DNA from: an uncultured Acidobacteriota bacterium
GTDB taxonomy: Bacteria; Acidobacteriota; Thermoanaerobaculia; Multivoradales; DATKCC01
DNA: 64,000 nt
Direction: 5' to 3'
Assembly: GCA_963843755.1 (NCBI GenBank)
Contig: CAWJLS010000012.1
Coordinates: forward strand, 101,631-165,630
The notes under the pieces were generated by a model. That model was not told the origin of the DNA and made no database searches. It worked only from the letters and a program-made list of their open reading frames with translations. Position numbers and translations under genes: made by a program. This document shows positions 20,172 through 29,541 of this stretch, one piece after another (the stretch's first letter is position 1; each line of letters opens with the position of its first letter).

Positions 20172-20337
20172 GGCGTCCGCCTCCTCCCTCGGCCCTGCCG
20201 CCCGGAACCGCCGGAGAGCCGCCGGCGACAGAATAGCCTTGTTTGCATTTCCGGATCTTAACGTGACGCCAAGAGAAATGCGAGCAGCGTGATAGTATGG
20301 CGAACCCGCATCACCCTGAAAGCGCCTCGACACGCCG

Positions 20338-22185
20338 ATGAGCGACTCCAACCCGCCCCCGATCGACCCCGACGAGCTGGTCTCCATGGCCGAGAAGCTG
20401 GCCGGGCGGGAGCGCTTCGACGAGGCGGCGGAGCTCTACCTCATCGCCCGCCGCTTCGACCCGAAGAACGTCGGCATCAAGCTCGGCCTGGCGGACGTGC
20501 GCAAGCGCCAGCGCCAGAGCCATCCCGGCTCCGGGCCGAAAGGGCTGCGCGAGACCTTGCGCGAGCAGCACCGGCGAGCCGCCCTGGACGCCGCCCACTT
20601 CCTCGGCCTCGCCCACGCCTACGCCGAGAAGGGGGAGAACGCCCGCGCCGCCCAGTGCATCGAGGTGGCAAAGGCGAAGGCGCCGTCGAACCCGGGACCG
20701 CACAAGCTCCACGGCCGCATCCTGTTCCGCCGCAAGCGCTTCCAGCGCGCCGCCGAAGAGCTGGAGCGGGCGCTGCTCTACAACCCGTTCGACCGCGAGG
20801 CCGCCGAGCTCCTCGGCCGGGCCCAGTACGAGTGCCGCGAGCTGGCCGGCGCGCTGACCTCGTCGGTCCACGCCTACCTGCTGATCAACGAGGGCGACCG
20901 GGAGGGGGCCGAGCGGCTCCGCCGGCGTATCCGGACGCTGCGCCAGATCCTCGGCTGGGGGCGCCGGGAGCTGACCGGTGTGTTCCACGAGCGGCAGGAG
21001 TTCCTGCACACCGCCTATGACCGGCTCGAGTGGCAGCGGGAGCGCTTCATGGAGGAGGAAGGCATCCTCGCCGAGCCGCTGCCGGAGGCCCACCTGGTCA
21101 CGGCCCCGGCGGCGGGCAACAAGATCGACCTCGCCGCCCGCTTGCGGCGCATGAGCCTGTGGGCCAATCTGACCGACGAGCAGATCTTCAGCCTGACCCG
21201 CGCCGTGACCGAGGAGATTCACGAGGCCGGCGGCGTGCTGTTCGAGTACCGGGACCAGGGGCGCGACCTCTACCTGTTGGAAGAGGGGCGCATCACGGTC
21301 CAGCGCCCGACCCACTACGGCACGTTCAACCTGGGAGAGATCCCGCTCGGCGGCCTGCTCGGCGAGGTCAACTTCATCACCCTCCGCGAGCGCTCCGCCG
21401 ACGCGGTGATCCTCGAGTCCGCCCGCCTGCTGCGCTTCTCCGCCGACGAGCTGGAGCGCACGATCGACGACGACCCGGACCTCGCGGTACAGATCTACTG
21501 GACGTTCTGGCGCAGCCTGGCCAAGAAGCTCCGGGCCACCAACGAGCAGCTCCGCGGCTTCTTCGCCGACGAGGGCAGCGCCGAGAACGTGCTCGCCCTG
21601 CGCAAGGCCGAGGAGGCCCAGTCCGGCCGGCGGATCAAGGTGGAGCCGAGCGACAAGATCCGCCTGTTCCGCGAGCAGGGCCTCTCCCGCAGCGAGCTCA
21701 TGACCCTCGCCACCTTCTCCACCGAGAAGCGGTTCGAGGGCGGGGCCTACATCTTCCAGGAGGGGGACGAGGGGAGCGAGATGTACGTCGTCCTGGACGG
21801 CCGGGCGCGGATCTCGAAGTTCATCCCCGGCGGCGGCGAGGAGGCCCTGGCGATCCTGGAGCGGGGCGACTTCTTCGGCGAGATGTCGCTGATCGACGGC
21901 GAGCCGCGCTCGGCGGACGCCCGGGCCCACGGCGGCCCGGTGACCGTGCTGGCCCTGGACCAGCCGACGGTCCGTGAGGTCCTGTCCATGGACTCTCAGG
22001 CGTCGCTCGAGTTCCTCCAACTGCTCTGCCGCCTGATCGCCCACCGCCTGCGGGAGATCGACGAGAAGGTGATCGGCTGGAAGATCCTCTCCGGCACGCC
22101 GGGGGCCGGCACCGGTCATCCCGAAGGGGCCGGCGAGCTGCTGGAGCTCGACGATCCGGACGAGACGTCGAGCCGCTTGGCCTGA
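20338..22185 (+). CDS. TPR-repeat protein with two C-terminal cyclic-nucleotide-binding (cNMP/CAP-effector) domains
   Basis: TPR repeats sit at the N-terminus (AAELYLIARRFDPKN...GLAHAYAEKGENARAAQCIEVAKAKAPSNP). There are two cNMP-binding signatures: FEYRDQGRDLYLLEEGRITV...GEIPLGGLLGEVNFIT...RSADAVI and IFQEGDEGSEMYVVLDGRARISK...GDFFGEMSLIDGEPRSADARA. Confidence 0.8.
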   Translation: MSDSNPPPIDPDELVSMAEKLAGRERFDEAAELYLIARRFDPKNVGIKLGLADVRKRQRQSHPGSGPKGLRETLREQHRRAALDAAHFLGLAHAYAEKGENARAAQCIEVAKAKAPSNPGPHKLHGRILFRRKRFQRAAEELERALLYNPFDREAAELLGRAQYECRELAGALTSSVHAYLLINEGDREGAERLRRRIRTLRQILGWGRRELTGVFHERQEFLHTAYDRLEWQRERFMEEEGILAEPLPEAHLVTAPAAGNKIDLAARLRRMSLWANLTDEQIFSLTRAVTEEIHEAGGVLFEYRDQGRDLYLLEEGRITVQRPTHYGTFNLGEIPLGGLLGEVNFITLRERSADAVILESARLLRFSADELERTIDDDPDLAVQIYWTFWRSLAKKLRATNEQLRGFFADEGSAENVLALRKAEEAQSGRRIKVEPSDKIRLFREQGLSRSELMTLATFSTEKRFEGGAYIFQEGDEGSEMYVVLDGRARISKFIPGGGEEALAILERGDFFGEMSLIDGEPRSADARAHGGPVTVLALDQPTVREVLSMDSQASLEFLQLLCRLIAHRLREIDEKVIGWKILSGTPGAGTGHPEGAGELLELDDPDETSSRLA

Positions 22186-22251
22186 CTGGATCTCCCCGCG
22201 GGAAAAGAGCGACGCCCCCGCCCGAGACTCGCCGCGGGCTGCGGTGTGGCC

Positions 22252-23610
22252 TCAGTCGGAGTCGCTTCGGCGGCCGGCGGGCAGGCCGACCGTCACCGCC
22301 AGGCGCGCCGGCGCCAGGTGCCGGCGCGCCACCGCCGCCAGCTCCTCCCCGTCCACCCTCTCCAACCGCTCACGGCGCCACGCGGGGTCGGCCGGCAGCC
22401 CGTAGAGGACCGCCTCGCCCATCAGGTCGGCCCACTGGCGGGCGGTCTCGCGCCGGAACGGCTCGCGCCCCAGCAGGTAGGAACGGGCGTCCTCGAGCTC
22501 CCCGGCCGTGGCGCCATCCTCCACCAACCGCCCCAGCTCCTCACGCACGGCCCGCTCCGCCTGCTCCACCGTGTCGGGCCCCGTGCCGATGTAGACCACC
22601 AGCCGCCCCGGGTCGAGGCCGGCGCCGACCAGAGTCTGGACATAGACCGTGTAGGCGAGCCCTTCGCGCTCGCGCACCCGCTCGGGCAGTCGTCCGCTCA
22701 GCCCGGCGCCGGCCCCCAGGATCACGCCCAGGAGCTCCAGGGCGTGCCGGTCGGGGTGATCGCGGCGGACGGTCAGGCAGCCGGCGAAGAGATGGGCCTG
22801 GTCGCCCGGTGGCAGGGTGATGGTGCGGTGGCGCTCCGGCAGCCCCTCGGGAGCGGGCGGCTCGGGGAAGCCCCCCGGGACGGTCGGCTCCCCGTCCGCG
22901 GGCCCGAGGTCCACCCCGCGCGCGGCGAGCAGCTCGCCGAGGTACTCCCGCGCCGCCGCCTCGTCCAGGTCGCCGGCGACGATGAACGTCGGTCCGGCGT
23001 GGGCGCGGGCCCGGTCGTGAAAGGCGCGACACTCTTCGCTGCCGATCGCGGCCAGCGACTCCGCCGTGCCCTGGATCGGCCGGCACCGCGGGTGGGGGGT
23101 GAAGAGCTGTTCGAGGAACGCCCAGCCCGTGACCACCTCCGGCTGGTCGCGCAGGCTGTCGAGCTCGGACGCCGCCTGGCGCGCCATCCAGCGGCAACGG
23201 TCCTCGGGAAACGACGGCTCGAGCAGCAGGTCCACCGCCCAGTCCAGGCCCTCGCGCCAGTGGACGGAGCGCACGTCGACCGTCGCGCCGTGGGCCTCGA
23301 ACGACGCCGCGCTCCCCACCGCGGCCCCCAGGGCCTCGGAGCGGTCGGCGAGCTCGCGCCAGTCGGACCGCGCCGTGCCCTCGCTCAGAGAGCGCCCGGT
23401 GATCAGGGCGACGCCGGGGGCCGGCTCGACCCGGCCGCCGCCGCGCAGCCAGGAGCGCACCGCGACCACCGGCGGACCGGGAACCCGCCGCACCCGCAGG
23501 AGGGCGGCGGCCGGCCGGACCGACGGCTCGAACACGGCACCAGGCTGCCCCGGCGTCTGCTCCCCCTCCTGAGTAGGGGCCTGTGTAGAGGTCGTCACGT
23601 CGTCGCTCAC
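22252..23610 (-). CDS. M16-family (pitrilysin/insulinase-like) peptidase, second subunit (no intact HXXEH; likely non-catalytic partner)
   Basis: The protein has peptidase_M16 and M16_C folds. Its GTG start at 23610 overlaps the upstream stop by 4 nt (GTGA). Confidence 0.75.
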   Translation of the reverse strand: MSDDVTTSTQAPTQEGEQTPGQPGAVFEPSVRPAAALLRVRRVPGPPVVAVRSWLRGGGRVEPAPGVALITGRSLSEGTARSDWRELADRSEALGAAVGSAASFEAHGATVDVRSVHWREGLDWAVDLLLEPSFPEDRCRWMARQAASELDSLRDQPEVVTGWAFLEQLFTPHPRCRPIQGTAESLAAIGSEECRAFHDRARAHAGPTFIVAGDLDEAAAREYLGELLAARGVDLGPADGEPTVPGGFPEPPAPEGLPERHRTITLPPGDQAHLFAGCLTVRRDHPDRHALELLGVILGAGAGLSGRLPERVREREGLAYTVYVQTLVGAGLDPGRLVVYIGTGPDTVEQAERAVREELGRLVEDGATAGELEDARSYLLGREPFRRETARQWADLMGEAVLYGLPADPAWRRERLERVDGEELAAVARRHLAPARLAVTVGLPAGRRSDSD

Positions 23611-25010
23611 GGGGCCTCCTCGGCGTCGCCTCCGGCACCTCCGGCACCGCCGGCACCGCTGGCCAACCGGTCCGATCGCTCCGGCAGGGACCAGCCGAGG
23701 ACCGCACCCCGCGCGGGCACGAGCCGCTCGGCCGCGGCGCGGGCGAGGTCCTCCGGGCCGAGACGGCCGATCGCCGCCAGCACCCGATCGCTCCACCCTT
23801 GCTCGAGGAGCGCCAGGTCGGACGCCAGGGAGAGCGCCTGCTGGGAGATCCGCTCGTGGCCGAACGACCAGTCGGCGAACAGCACCTCCCGTGCCCGCTC
23901 CAGCTCGGCCGGCGTCGGCGGCCGGGCCACCAGGCCGGCCAGCACGCCGAGGACCGCCTCCTCCACCCGCGCCGGTTCGACCCCCGGAAGCGGCTCGGTG
24001 ACCAGGGTCAGGCTGGTCGGGTCGAGGGCCTCGGACAGGCCGGCCGCGGCCCAGCCACAGAGCTGCCCTTCGTCGACCAGCGCCCGGTAGAGGCGGCTGC
24101 CCCGCCCGCTCCCCAGCACCGACGCGAGCAGCCGGTTGACCGGGAAGTCCGGGTCGGCGGCTGCCGGCGCCGGCAGCGCCACCATCATGCGGGCCGTCTC
24201 GCCCCGCCGGCGCTCGAAGCGCACGAAGCGGTCCGGCGGCGGGACGCTCGGTGCCGGCGGGCGGTCCGGACCGCCGGCGGGAAGATCACCGAACACCTCC
24301 CGCACCCTCTCCGCCGCCCGGGCGGCCCCCTGCCGCCGGTCGCCTGAACCCCTGCGTCCGTTCTGGCCGTTCAGGCCCGCCAGGTCGCCCGCCACCACCA
24401 GCACGGCCGTGTCGGGCCGGTAGCGGGCCCGGTGGAAGGCCGCCAGCTCGTCGGGACCGGTGGCCAGGAGCTCGTCGCGCGTCCCCAGGACCGGCCGGCC
24501 GTAGGGGTGGCCGCCGAAGAACGTCCTCTCCACCTGCTGGTTGAGGGCGTCCCAGGGGTCGTCCTCGTACATGGCGATCTCTTCGAGGATCACCCGGCGC
24601 TCGGACTCGACCTCCCGGGGGTCGAGGGTCAGGGCGGCCATCCGGTCGGCCTCGATCTCGAGGGCGAGCTGCCAGCGGTCGGCGGCGAAGTTGAAGTAGT
24701 AGGTGGTGGCGTCGTGGCTGGTGAAGGCGTTGTTCGAGCCGCCCAGCTCCTGGGTCCGCCGGTCGACCTCCCCCGCCCCGAACCGGGCCGACCCCTTGAA
24801 CATCATGTGCTCGAGGAAGTGGGCGGTGCCGCCGTGCCCCGCCGCCTCGTCCCGGGTCCCGGCCCGGTAGCAGAGCACGGTCGAGATCAGCGGCGCCTGA
24901 GGGTTGTCCACCAGGGCCACGGTCAGGCCGTTGTCGAGCCGCTCGACGGACACGGCCCCCGGGAGCCGCGGCAGCCGCGCCGCGGCGGAAGCGGTCGATG
25001 GCGCGCTCAC
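23607..25010 (-). CDS. M16-family zinc peptidase with inverted zincin motif HFLEH
   Basis: VLCYRAGTRDEAAGHGGTAHFLEHMMFKGSARFGAGEVDRRTQELGGSNNAFTSHDATTYYF matches the canonical M16 active-site region HXXEH...E. Confidence 0.85.
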   Translation of the reverse strand: MSAPSTASAAARLPRLPGAVSVERLDNGLTVALVDNPQAPLISTVLCYRAGTRDEAAGHGGTAHFLEHMMFKGSARFGAGEVDRRTQELGGSNNAFTSHDATTYYFNFAADRWQLALEIEADRMAALTLDPREVESERRVILEEIAMYEDDPWDALNQQVERTFFGGHPYGRPVLGTRDELLATGPDELAAFHRARYRPDTAVLVVAGDLAGLNGQNGRRGSGDRRQGAARAAERVREVFGDLPAGGPDRPPAPSVPPPDRFVRFERRRGETARMMVALPAPAAADPDFPVNRLLASVLGSGRGSRLYRALVDEGQLCGWAAAGLSEALDPTSLTLVTEPLPGVEPARVEEAVLGVLAGLVARPPTPAELERAREVLFADWSFGHERISQQALSLASDLALLEQGWSDRVLAAIGRLGPEDLARAAAERLVPARGAVLGWSLPERSDRLASGAGGAGGAGGDAEEAP

Positions 25011-27511
25011 CGGGGGGCTCCCGAACGCTCCGGCTGGAGCACGATCTCGATCCGCTGGCGCCGCTCCTCGGCACCGGAGGAGACGTCGACTGCGACGTCG
25101 AGGCGGGCGAAGCCCGGCGCCACGACGCTCACCCGGTGGCGACCCGGCCCGAGCTGGAGCCAGGTGTTGCCGCGGGCGAAGCGGCCCGGGTACTCGGCGG
25201 CGCGCCCCACGGCACGGCCGTCGACCAGGACGCGGGCCTTGAGGCGCGCGATCGGCGGCGACACCTCGAAGGCGACGGCCTCGGAGACCCGGTAGAGCTT
25301 GAGGTCGCCGAAACCCAGATCCTCCACCGGCGCCGGAGCGAGGTGTGCCGTGACCGTGGTCGTCGACGGGCCGGAGGCGCTCGCCCGCACCAGCACCTGG
25401 TGGTCCTTCATCCCCGGGGCGCGCAGCTTGACCAGGTAGTCGCCCGCGCCGGGCAGCCGGTAGGCCGCTCCGTCGGACGACGGGTCGAGCTCCGCCGCCC
25501 GGCCGATCACCGTGCCGTCGACCAGCACGAAGGCCTGGGCCGGCTCGACGTGGAACGCGAGCTGGAGCCCGGAGTCGATCGTCTCGTCGACCGCGCCGGC
25601 CCCCGCGGAAGCCTCCTTGCGAGCCTCGATCAGCTCACGGGCCGTCCGCCGGAGCGCCGGCCGCCGCTCGGGGGCCGGAGCGGGCCGCTCGCCCTCCGGC
25701 GAGAGCTCGCCCCGGCGGGAGTCACCGGCGTCACCGGCCGCTTCCGCGGCGACGTCCGAGCCCGGGCCGGGCTGAGCCTTCCGGGTCGCGGCGCCCCCCG
25801 CCGCGCCGGCGGCCGGGGCCGGCGTCGACGTCGAGGTCGAGGTCGACTTCGAGGTCGACGGCTCCGAGCGCCCGCCGGCATCGGCCGGCGGACGACGGGG
25901 CGGCGCGGAGACGGCGGCCGACGACGCGGGTTCCGTCTTCTCGGTCGATCCGGCCGTTCCGGTCGTGCCGGAGCTCGAGCCACCTTGCGTGCGGTCGGAC
26001 GGCTCCGCCGACGCGTCCGCTCCCCGGGCACCGGCGGAAGGCCCGGTCTCCCCGCCCTCGGCCGCGGTCGGGACGGCGTCCGGGAGCGCTTCACCGGCCG
26101 GCGCCAGCTCGTCGGCCGCGACCGGCTGCTCCGTCGGCGCGTCGCCGGCCGCCAGCCCGCTCACCAGGTCTCCTCCGCCCTGGAGCCGGCGCACGACCAA
26201 CACCCCGGCCACGACGGCGCCGACCAGCAGGACGAGGGCGACGGCGGCCACGGCGATCCAGAGCTTCCGGCGCGAGGGGCGGGCAGGGCGCGGCAGCGAG
26301 GTGACGCCGACGGTGGGGGCGTAGGCCGCGGCGAGCTGGGTGGGGGTGCCGGGCACCGCGCCGGAAACGGCAGTCGACTGCGGCGCCGACCCAGGGGGCG
26401 GGGCGGACGGACCGGGCGGCGCCGACGGGGAGGGTGGAACGGTGGACGACCCGGCGGCGGACGACGGTGCAGTGATGGCCGGCACCGGGGGCACCGGAGG
26501 CGGAGGCGGCCGGGTCGCCTGGGGTTCCCCGGTAGCCTCTCCGGGACGGGTCGCGGGCGCCGCCGGCTCGCCCACGGGACGGACCTGGGTCGGCTCGACC
26601 CCGTCCGCCTCCTGCTCGTCCAGCGTGGCCGGCGCGGCCAGAACCTCCGGCGCCAGCCCCCGCTCCAGGGCGGCGAGCGCCGCGGCCGCCTCGGCGGCAT
26701 TGGCGAAGCGCGCCTCCCGGTCCTTGGCCAGCAGGCGGGCCAGCACCTCGGCCAGGTCCGGGTCGAGACCGGGCCGCAACCGGATCGGCTCCGGCTCCTC
26801 GTGGAGGATCTTGTAGAGCAGGGTGGTGAAGGTGTCGCCGCCGAACGGCCGGCGGCCGCCGACCAGCTCGTAGAGCACCACGCCGAGGGAGAAGAGGTCC
26901 GAGCGCCCGTCCAGCTCCTGACCGCGGATCTGCTCCGGCGACAGGTACTGAGGGCTGCCGACCACCGAGCCGCTGACCGTCAGCTCGGTCGCCTGCCCCG
27001 CCATCTTGGCGATGCCGAAGTCGCTGATCTTGACCCGCCCGTCCGTGGTCAGCATGAGGTTCGCCGGCTTGATGTCCCGGTGGACGATGCCGAGCCGGTG
27101 GGCGCAGTCGAGACCGTCGGCGGTCTCCCGGGCGATGCGCAGCGCCTCGGCCACGGTCAACGGCGGCCCGGCGTGCAGGCGCTCGGCCAGGCTCTCGCCT
27201 TCGACGTACTCGAAGGCCAGGAAGAGCGTGCCGGTCTCTTCGCCGGCGTCGAACAGGGTGACGATGTTGGGGTGGATCAGGCGGCCGGCGGTCTTCGCCT
27301 CACGCAGCAGCCGCTTGGTGCGCTCCTCGATCTCCTCCTTCGAGGACGCACCGGCGACGCTGTTCGGATCGGCGACGCGGACCGTCTTGATCGCCAGGAA
27401 GCGCTCGATGTGGGGGTCCTGTGCCAGGTAGACGACACCCATGGCACCGGAGCCGAGAGGGCGCAGGATCCGGTAGCGACCGACGGTCTGGCCGGCCTCG
27501 AAGGCCGTCAC
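25007..27511 (-). CDS. Ser/Thr protein kinase with Pro-rich linker, transmembrane segment and C-terminal tandem PEGA domains
   Basis: YRILRPLGSGAMGVVYLAQD...AIKTV...HRDIKPANLML...DFGIAK...GSPQYLSPEQ is the Hanks kinase catalytic core. A TM segment (LWIAVAAVALVLLVGAVVAGVLVV) follows. The C-terminus has two PEGA-like modules (VLVDGTVIGRA...YLVKLRAPG and VLVDGRAVGRA...HRVSVVAPG). Confidence 0.85.
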   Translation of the reverse strand: MTAFEAGQTVGRYRILRPLGSGAMGVVYLAQDPHIERFLAIKTVRVADPNSVAGASSKEEIEERTKRLLREAKTAGRLIHPNIVTLFDAGEETGTLFLAFEYVEGESLAERLHAGPPLTVAEALRIARETADGLDCAHRLGIVHRDIKPANLMLTTDGRVKISDFGIAKMAGQATELTVSGSVVGSPQYLSPEQIRGQELDGRSDLFSLGVVLYELVGGRRPFGGDTFTTLLYKILHEEPEPIRLRPGLDPDLAEVLARLLAKDREARFANAAEAAAALAALERGLAPEVLAAPATLDEQEADGVEPTQVRPVGEPAAPATRPGEATGEPQATRPPPPPVPPVPAITAPSSAAGSSTVPPSPSAPPGPSAPPPGSAPQSTAVSGAVPGTPTQLAAAYAPTVGVTSLPRPARPSRRKLWIAVAAVALVLLVGAVVAGVLVVRRLQGGGDLVSGLAAGDAPTEQPVAADELAPAGEALPDAVPTAAEGGETGPSAGARGADASAEPSDRTQGGSSSGTTGTAGSTEKTEPASSAAVSAPPRRPPADAGGRSEPSTSKSTSTSTSTPAPAAGAAGGAATRKAQPGPGSDVAAEAAGDAGDSRRGELSPEGERPAPAPERRPALRRTARELIEARKEASAGAGAVDETIDSGLQLAFHVEPAQAFVLVDGTVIGRAAELDPSSDGAAYRLPGAGDYLVKLRAPGMKDHQVLVRASASGPSTTTVTAHLAPAPVEDLGFGDLKLYRVSEAVAFEVSPPIARLKARVLVDGRAVGRAAEYPGRFARGNTWLQLGPGRHRVSVVAPGFARLDVAVDVSSGAEERRQRIEIVLQPERSGAPR

Positions 27512-27801
27512 GGCTCCGCGTCGGCCTCGTCGGGCTCGTCGTCCTCGTCCGGCCCGTCGCCGCCGTCATCCGGAGCGTCCCGACTGTCCAGGAGCGCTCG
27601 GGCCTCGTCGGCCTGGTCCGGGGGGACCTTGACCTCGATCTCGCCCAGTTGGCCCACGTGGCTGGGGAACTCGTGGGAGTAGCGCGAATCGAGCTGGCAC
27701 GGGATGCCCTGGCTGCGCAGGAACCCTTCGATCAGCTCCGCCTCCTCCTCGTCCTCGACCAGCTTGATCGAGATCCACTCCTGGTTCGCGTCGTCGGTCA
27801 T
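27508..27801 (-). CDS. DUF2007-family small protein (putative signal-transducing protein) with acidic C-terminal tail
   Basis: The 97-aa protein begins MTDDANQEWISIKLVEDEEEAELIEGFLRSQGIPCQLDS..., a DUF2007-like fold. Its stop overlaps the kinase start by 4 nt. Confidence 0.55.
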   Translation of the reverse strand: MTDDANQEWISIKLVEDEEEAELIEGFLRSQGIPCQLDSRYSHEFPSHVGQLGEIEVKVPPDQADEARALLDSRDAPDDGGDGPDEDDEPDEADAEP

Positions 27802-27837
27802 CGTGCAGTTGCCTCCTGGCTGGGGATCATACCGTGA

Positions 27838-28668
27838 CTAAAGCCCTTCGAGCGTATAGGGCACCCGCTCCTGGCGGGGGTAGAGATGGCGGCTCTGCTC
27901 CGCGAAGCGGTCGAGCTCCGGGAGCCAGCGCAGGTGGGAGACGGTCATGCTCTCCGCCCCCGCTTCGATCCAGTTGCAGGTGTTGCGCTCGCGCTCGCCC
28001 ATGCGTCCACGGCTCGACGTGGTCGTGCCGGAGTGCAGGATGACCACCGGCGGCCGGCCCCGCGGGTAGAACTGCTCGGAGCTCCCGATGTAGGCCTGGT
28101 GCAGGTGGCCGGACAGGATCAGGTCGACACCGCAGCGCGAGAACAGGTCGATCGCCTTCGAAGCGTTCGTCAGCACGCGCTGGGTGCCGAAGTTGGGTGG
28201 CGGGATCAGGTGGTGATGGGCGACCACGACCTTGAACACGCTCTCCGGCGCGCCCTCCAGGATCTCGCCCACCTCGAGCAGGCGGGAGAGCTTGATCCGG
28301 CCGTCCTTCCAGGTCCAGTTGAAGGCGGTGTTGATGCCGACCACCAGCAGCTCGTCGTCGCGGTAGGTCGGCTCGAGCTCCTCCGCGAAGTGGCGGCGGT
28401 AGGCGCCGAAGGGAACGAAGATGCGCTCCCAGAACCGGTAGAGCGGCACGTCGTGGTTGCCCGGGACGACCAGGGTCGGCACCGGAATGCGATCGACGAA
28501 CTCCCGCGCCTGGCGGAACTGGACCGGCTTGGCCCGCTGGGTGAGGTCGCCGGAGAGCACCACCATGTCGGGGCGGTGGCGCTCGATGTGCTCGATCACG
28601 CCGTCCGAGACGGGGCGCAGGTGCGGGGGTCCGAAATGGACGTCGGAGATGTGGAAGATCTTGCGCAC
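27838..28668 (-). CDS. Calcineurin-like metallophosphoesterase
   Basis: ISDVHFGP...DMVVLSGDLTQ...VPGNHD...VVAHHHLIPP...ILSGHLHQ are the metallophosphoesterase motifs (DXH, GDXXD, GNH(D/E), GH). Confidence 0.85.
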   Translation of the reverse strand: MRKIFHISDVHFGPPHLRPVSDGVIEHIERHRPDMVVLSGDLTQRAKPVQFRQAREFVDRIPVPTLVVPGNHDVPLYRFWERIFVPFGAYRRHFAEELEPTYRDDELLVVGINTAFNWTWKDGRIKLSRLLEVGEILEGAPESVFKVVVAHHHLIPPPNFGTQRVLTNASKAIDLFSRCGVDLILSGHLHQAYIGSSEQFYPRGRPPVVILHSGTTTSSRGRMGERERNTCNWIEAGAESMTVSHLRWLPELDRFAEQSRHLYPRQERVPYTLEGL

Positions 28669-28747
28669 GGAGGGGGGAGTCTACCGTCTCCGCCCCCCCG
28701 CGGTCGCGCCGAGGAGGGCCCTTGGAGTCCCCGGGGGACTCGCTTCG

Positions 28748-29023
28748 CTACAGCACCTCGTCGCCGAGGACGCCGTTGACCTCACGGACGATCCGGCTGG
28801 CCGCGAAGGCGGCCAAGGCGGAGACGATCGTCCGCCCCCGCATGCGCCCGAGCCAGAAGCCGCCGCCGGCGGCCAGGAGCAGCGCCGGCACGGGATAGTC
28901 CCGCACCAGGCGCTCCCACTCGAACTCCTCCGGCAGCACCTCGTCGACCACGTCGTGGGCGGTCGGTTCGGTCGGAACGACGCTCACGGTTCGCTCCTCG
29001 TCAGTCCCGGTCGCTGCCGCCAC
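28748..29023 (-). CDS. Hypothetical small membrane protein (single predicted TM helix) downstream of the DUF883 gene; start uncertain
   Basis: The 91-aa ORF has a hydrophobic segment, PALLLAAGGGFWLG. It overlaps the end of the DUF883 gene. Codon-3 GC bias is consistent with coding. Confidence 0.4.
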   Translation of the reverse strand: MAAATGTDEERTVSVVPTEPTAHDVVDEVLPEEFEWERLVRDYPVPALLLAAGGGFWLGRMRGRTIVSALAAFAASRIVREVNGVLGDEVL

Positions 29024-29348
29024 GGAGCACCAGGCCGAACAGGAACCCGACCCCCGCCGCGATCAGGATCGACTTGCCGGGGTTGTCGCGCACGTAGTCG
29101 TTCATGTCCGAGCTCAGGCTGTCGAAATCCTTGCGGACCCGCTTGTAGCCCTTGCGGACGTTCTTCTGGGCCTCTTCGTAGCGGTCGCGGGCGACGGTCG
29201 AGGCACGTTCGTAGCCCTCGCGGATCTCCTTCGTGGCGCGCTCGGCGCCCTTGCGCACGTCGCCGGAGACGTCCTGGAGCTTGGTCCGGGCGTCGTCGGC
29301 GATCTTGGTCACCGTCTGGCGGAGCTCTTCGGTCCTGGTCTTGGCCAT
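29001..29348 (-). CDS. ElaB/YqjD/DUF883-family membrane-anchored protein
   Basis: MAKTRTEELRQTVTKIADDARTKLQDVSGDVRKGAERATKEIREGYERA...VRDNPGKSILIAAGVGFLFGLVLR is typical of DUF883, with a C-terminal TM helix. AAAGGAGAG lies upstream of the ATG at 29348. The long Arg-rich track ORF 29001..29717 is trimmed. Confidence 0.75.
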   Translation of the reverse strand: MAKTRTEELRQTVTKIADDARTKLQDVSGDVRKGAERATKEIREGYERASTVARDRYEEAQKNVRKGYKRVRKDFDSLSSDMNDYVRDNPGKSILIAAGVGFLFGLVLRGGSDRD

Positions 29349-29541
29349 GGTGTCTCTCCTTTGCAGAAAGGCTCTATGAAATCTTATCAAGTCGTACTCA
29401 GATTCTTCAAGGTCCGCACCCGGGTCGGCCGGGCCGCGAGCCGAGCGATGGTAAGCTTTCGGCACCCTACGAGCCTTCGCCGGATGCAGGTCGCCCGCCA
29501 CCGCAGGCAGAATACTCCGTGCAAATTGCACACCACGCACC

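Noticed and set aside
22186-22251. Weak inverted repeat CCCGCGG...CCGCGGG between convergent cNMP-protein and M16 genes as a bidirectional terminator
   Set aside because: The putative loop is about 30 nt, the stems are short, and there is no U-tract. It is not convincing.
20311-24090. ORFs 20311..22119 (-), 21030..21977 (+), 22246..24090 (+), 22541..23707 (-)
   Set aside because: They are antisense or off-frame over the TPR-cNMP gene and the M16 genes, with Arg/Gly/Pro-rich products.
24998-27682. 894-aa plus-strand ORF across the Ser/Thr kinase locus
   Set aside because: It is antisense to a gene with an unambiguous Hanks kinase core, and its product is low complexity.
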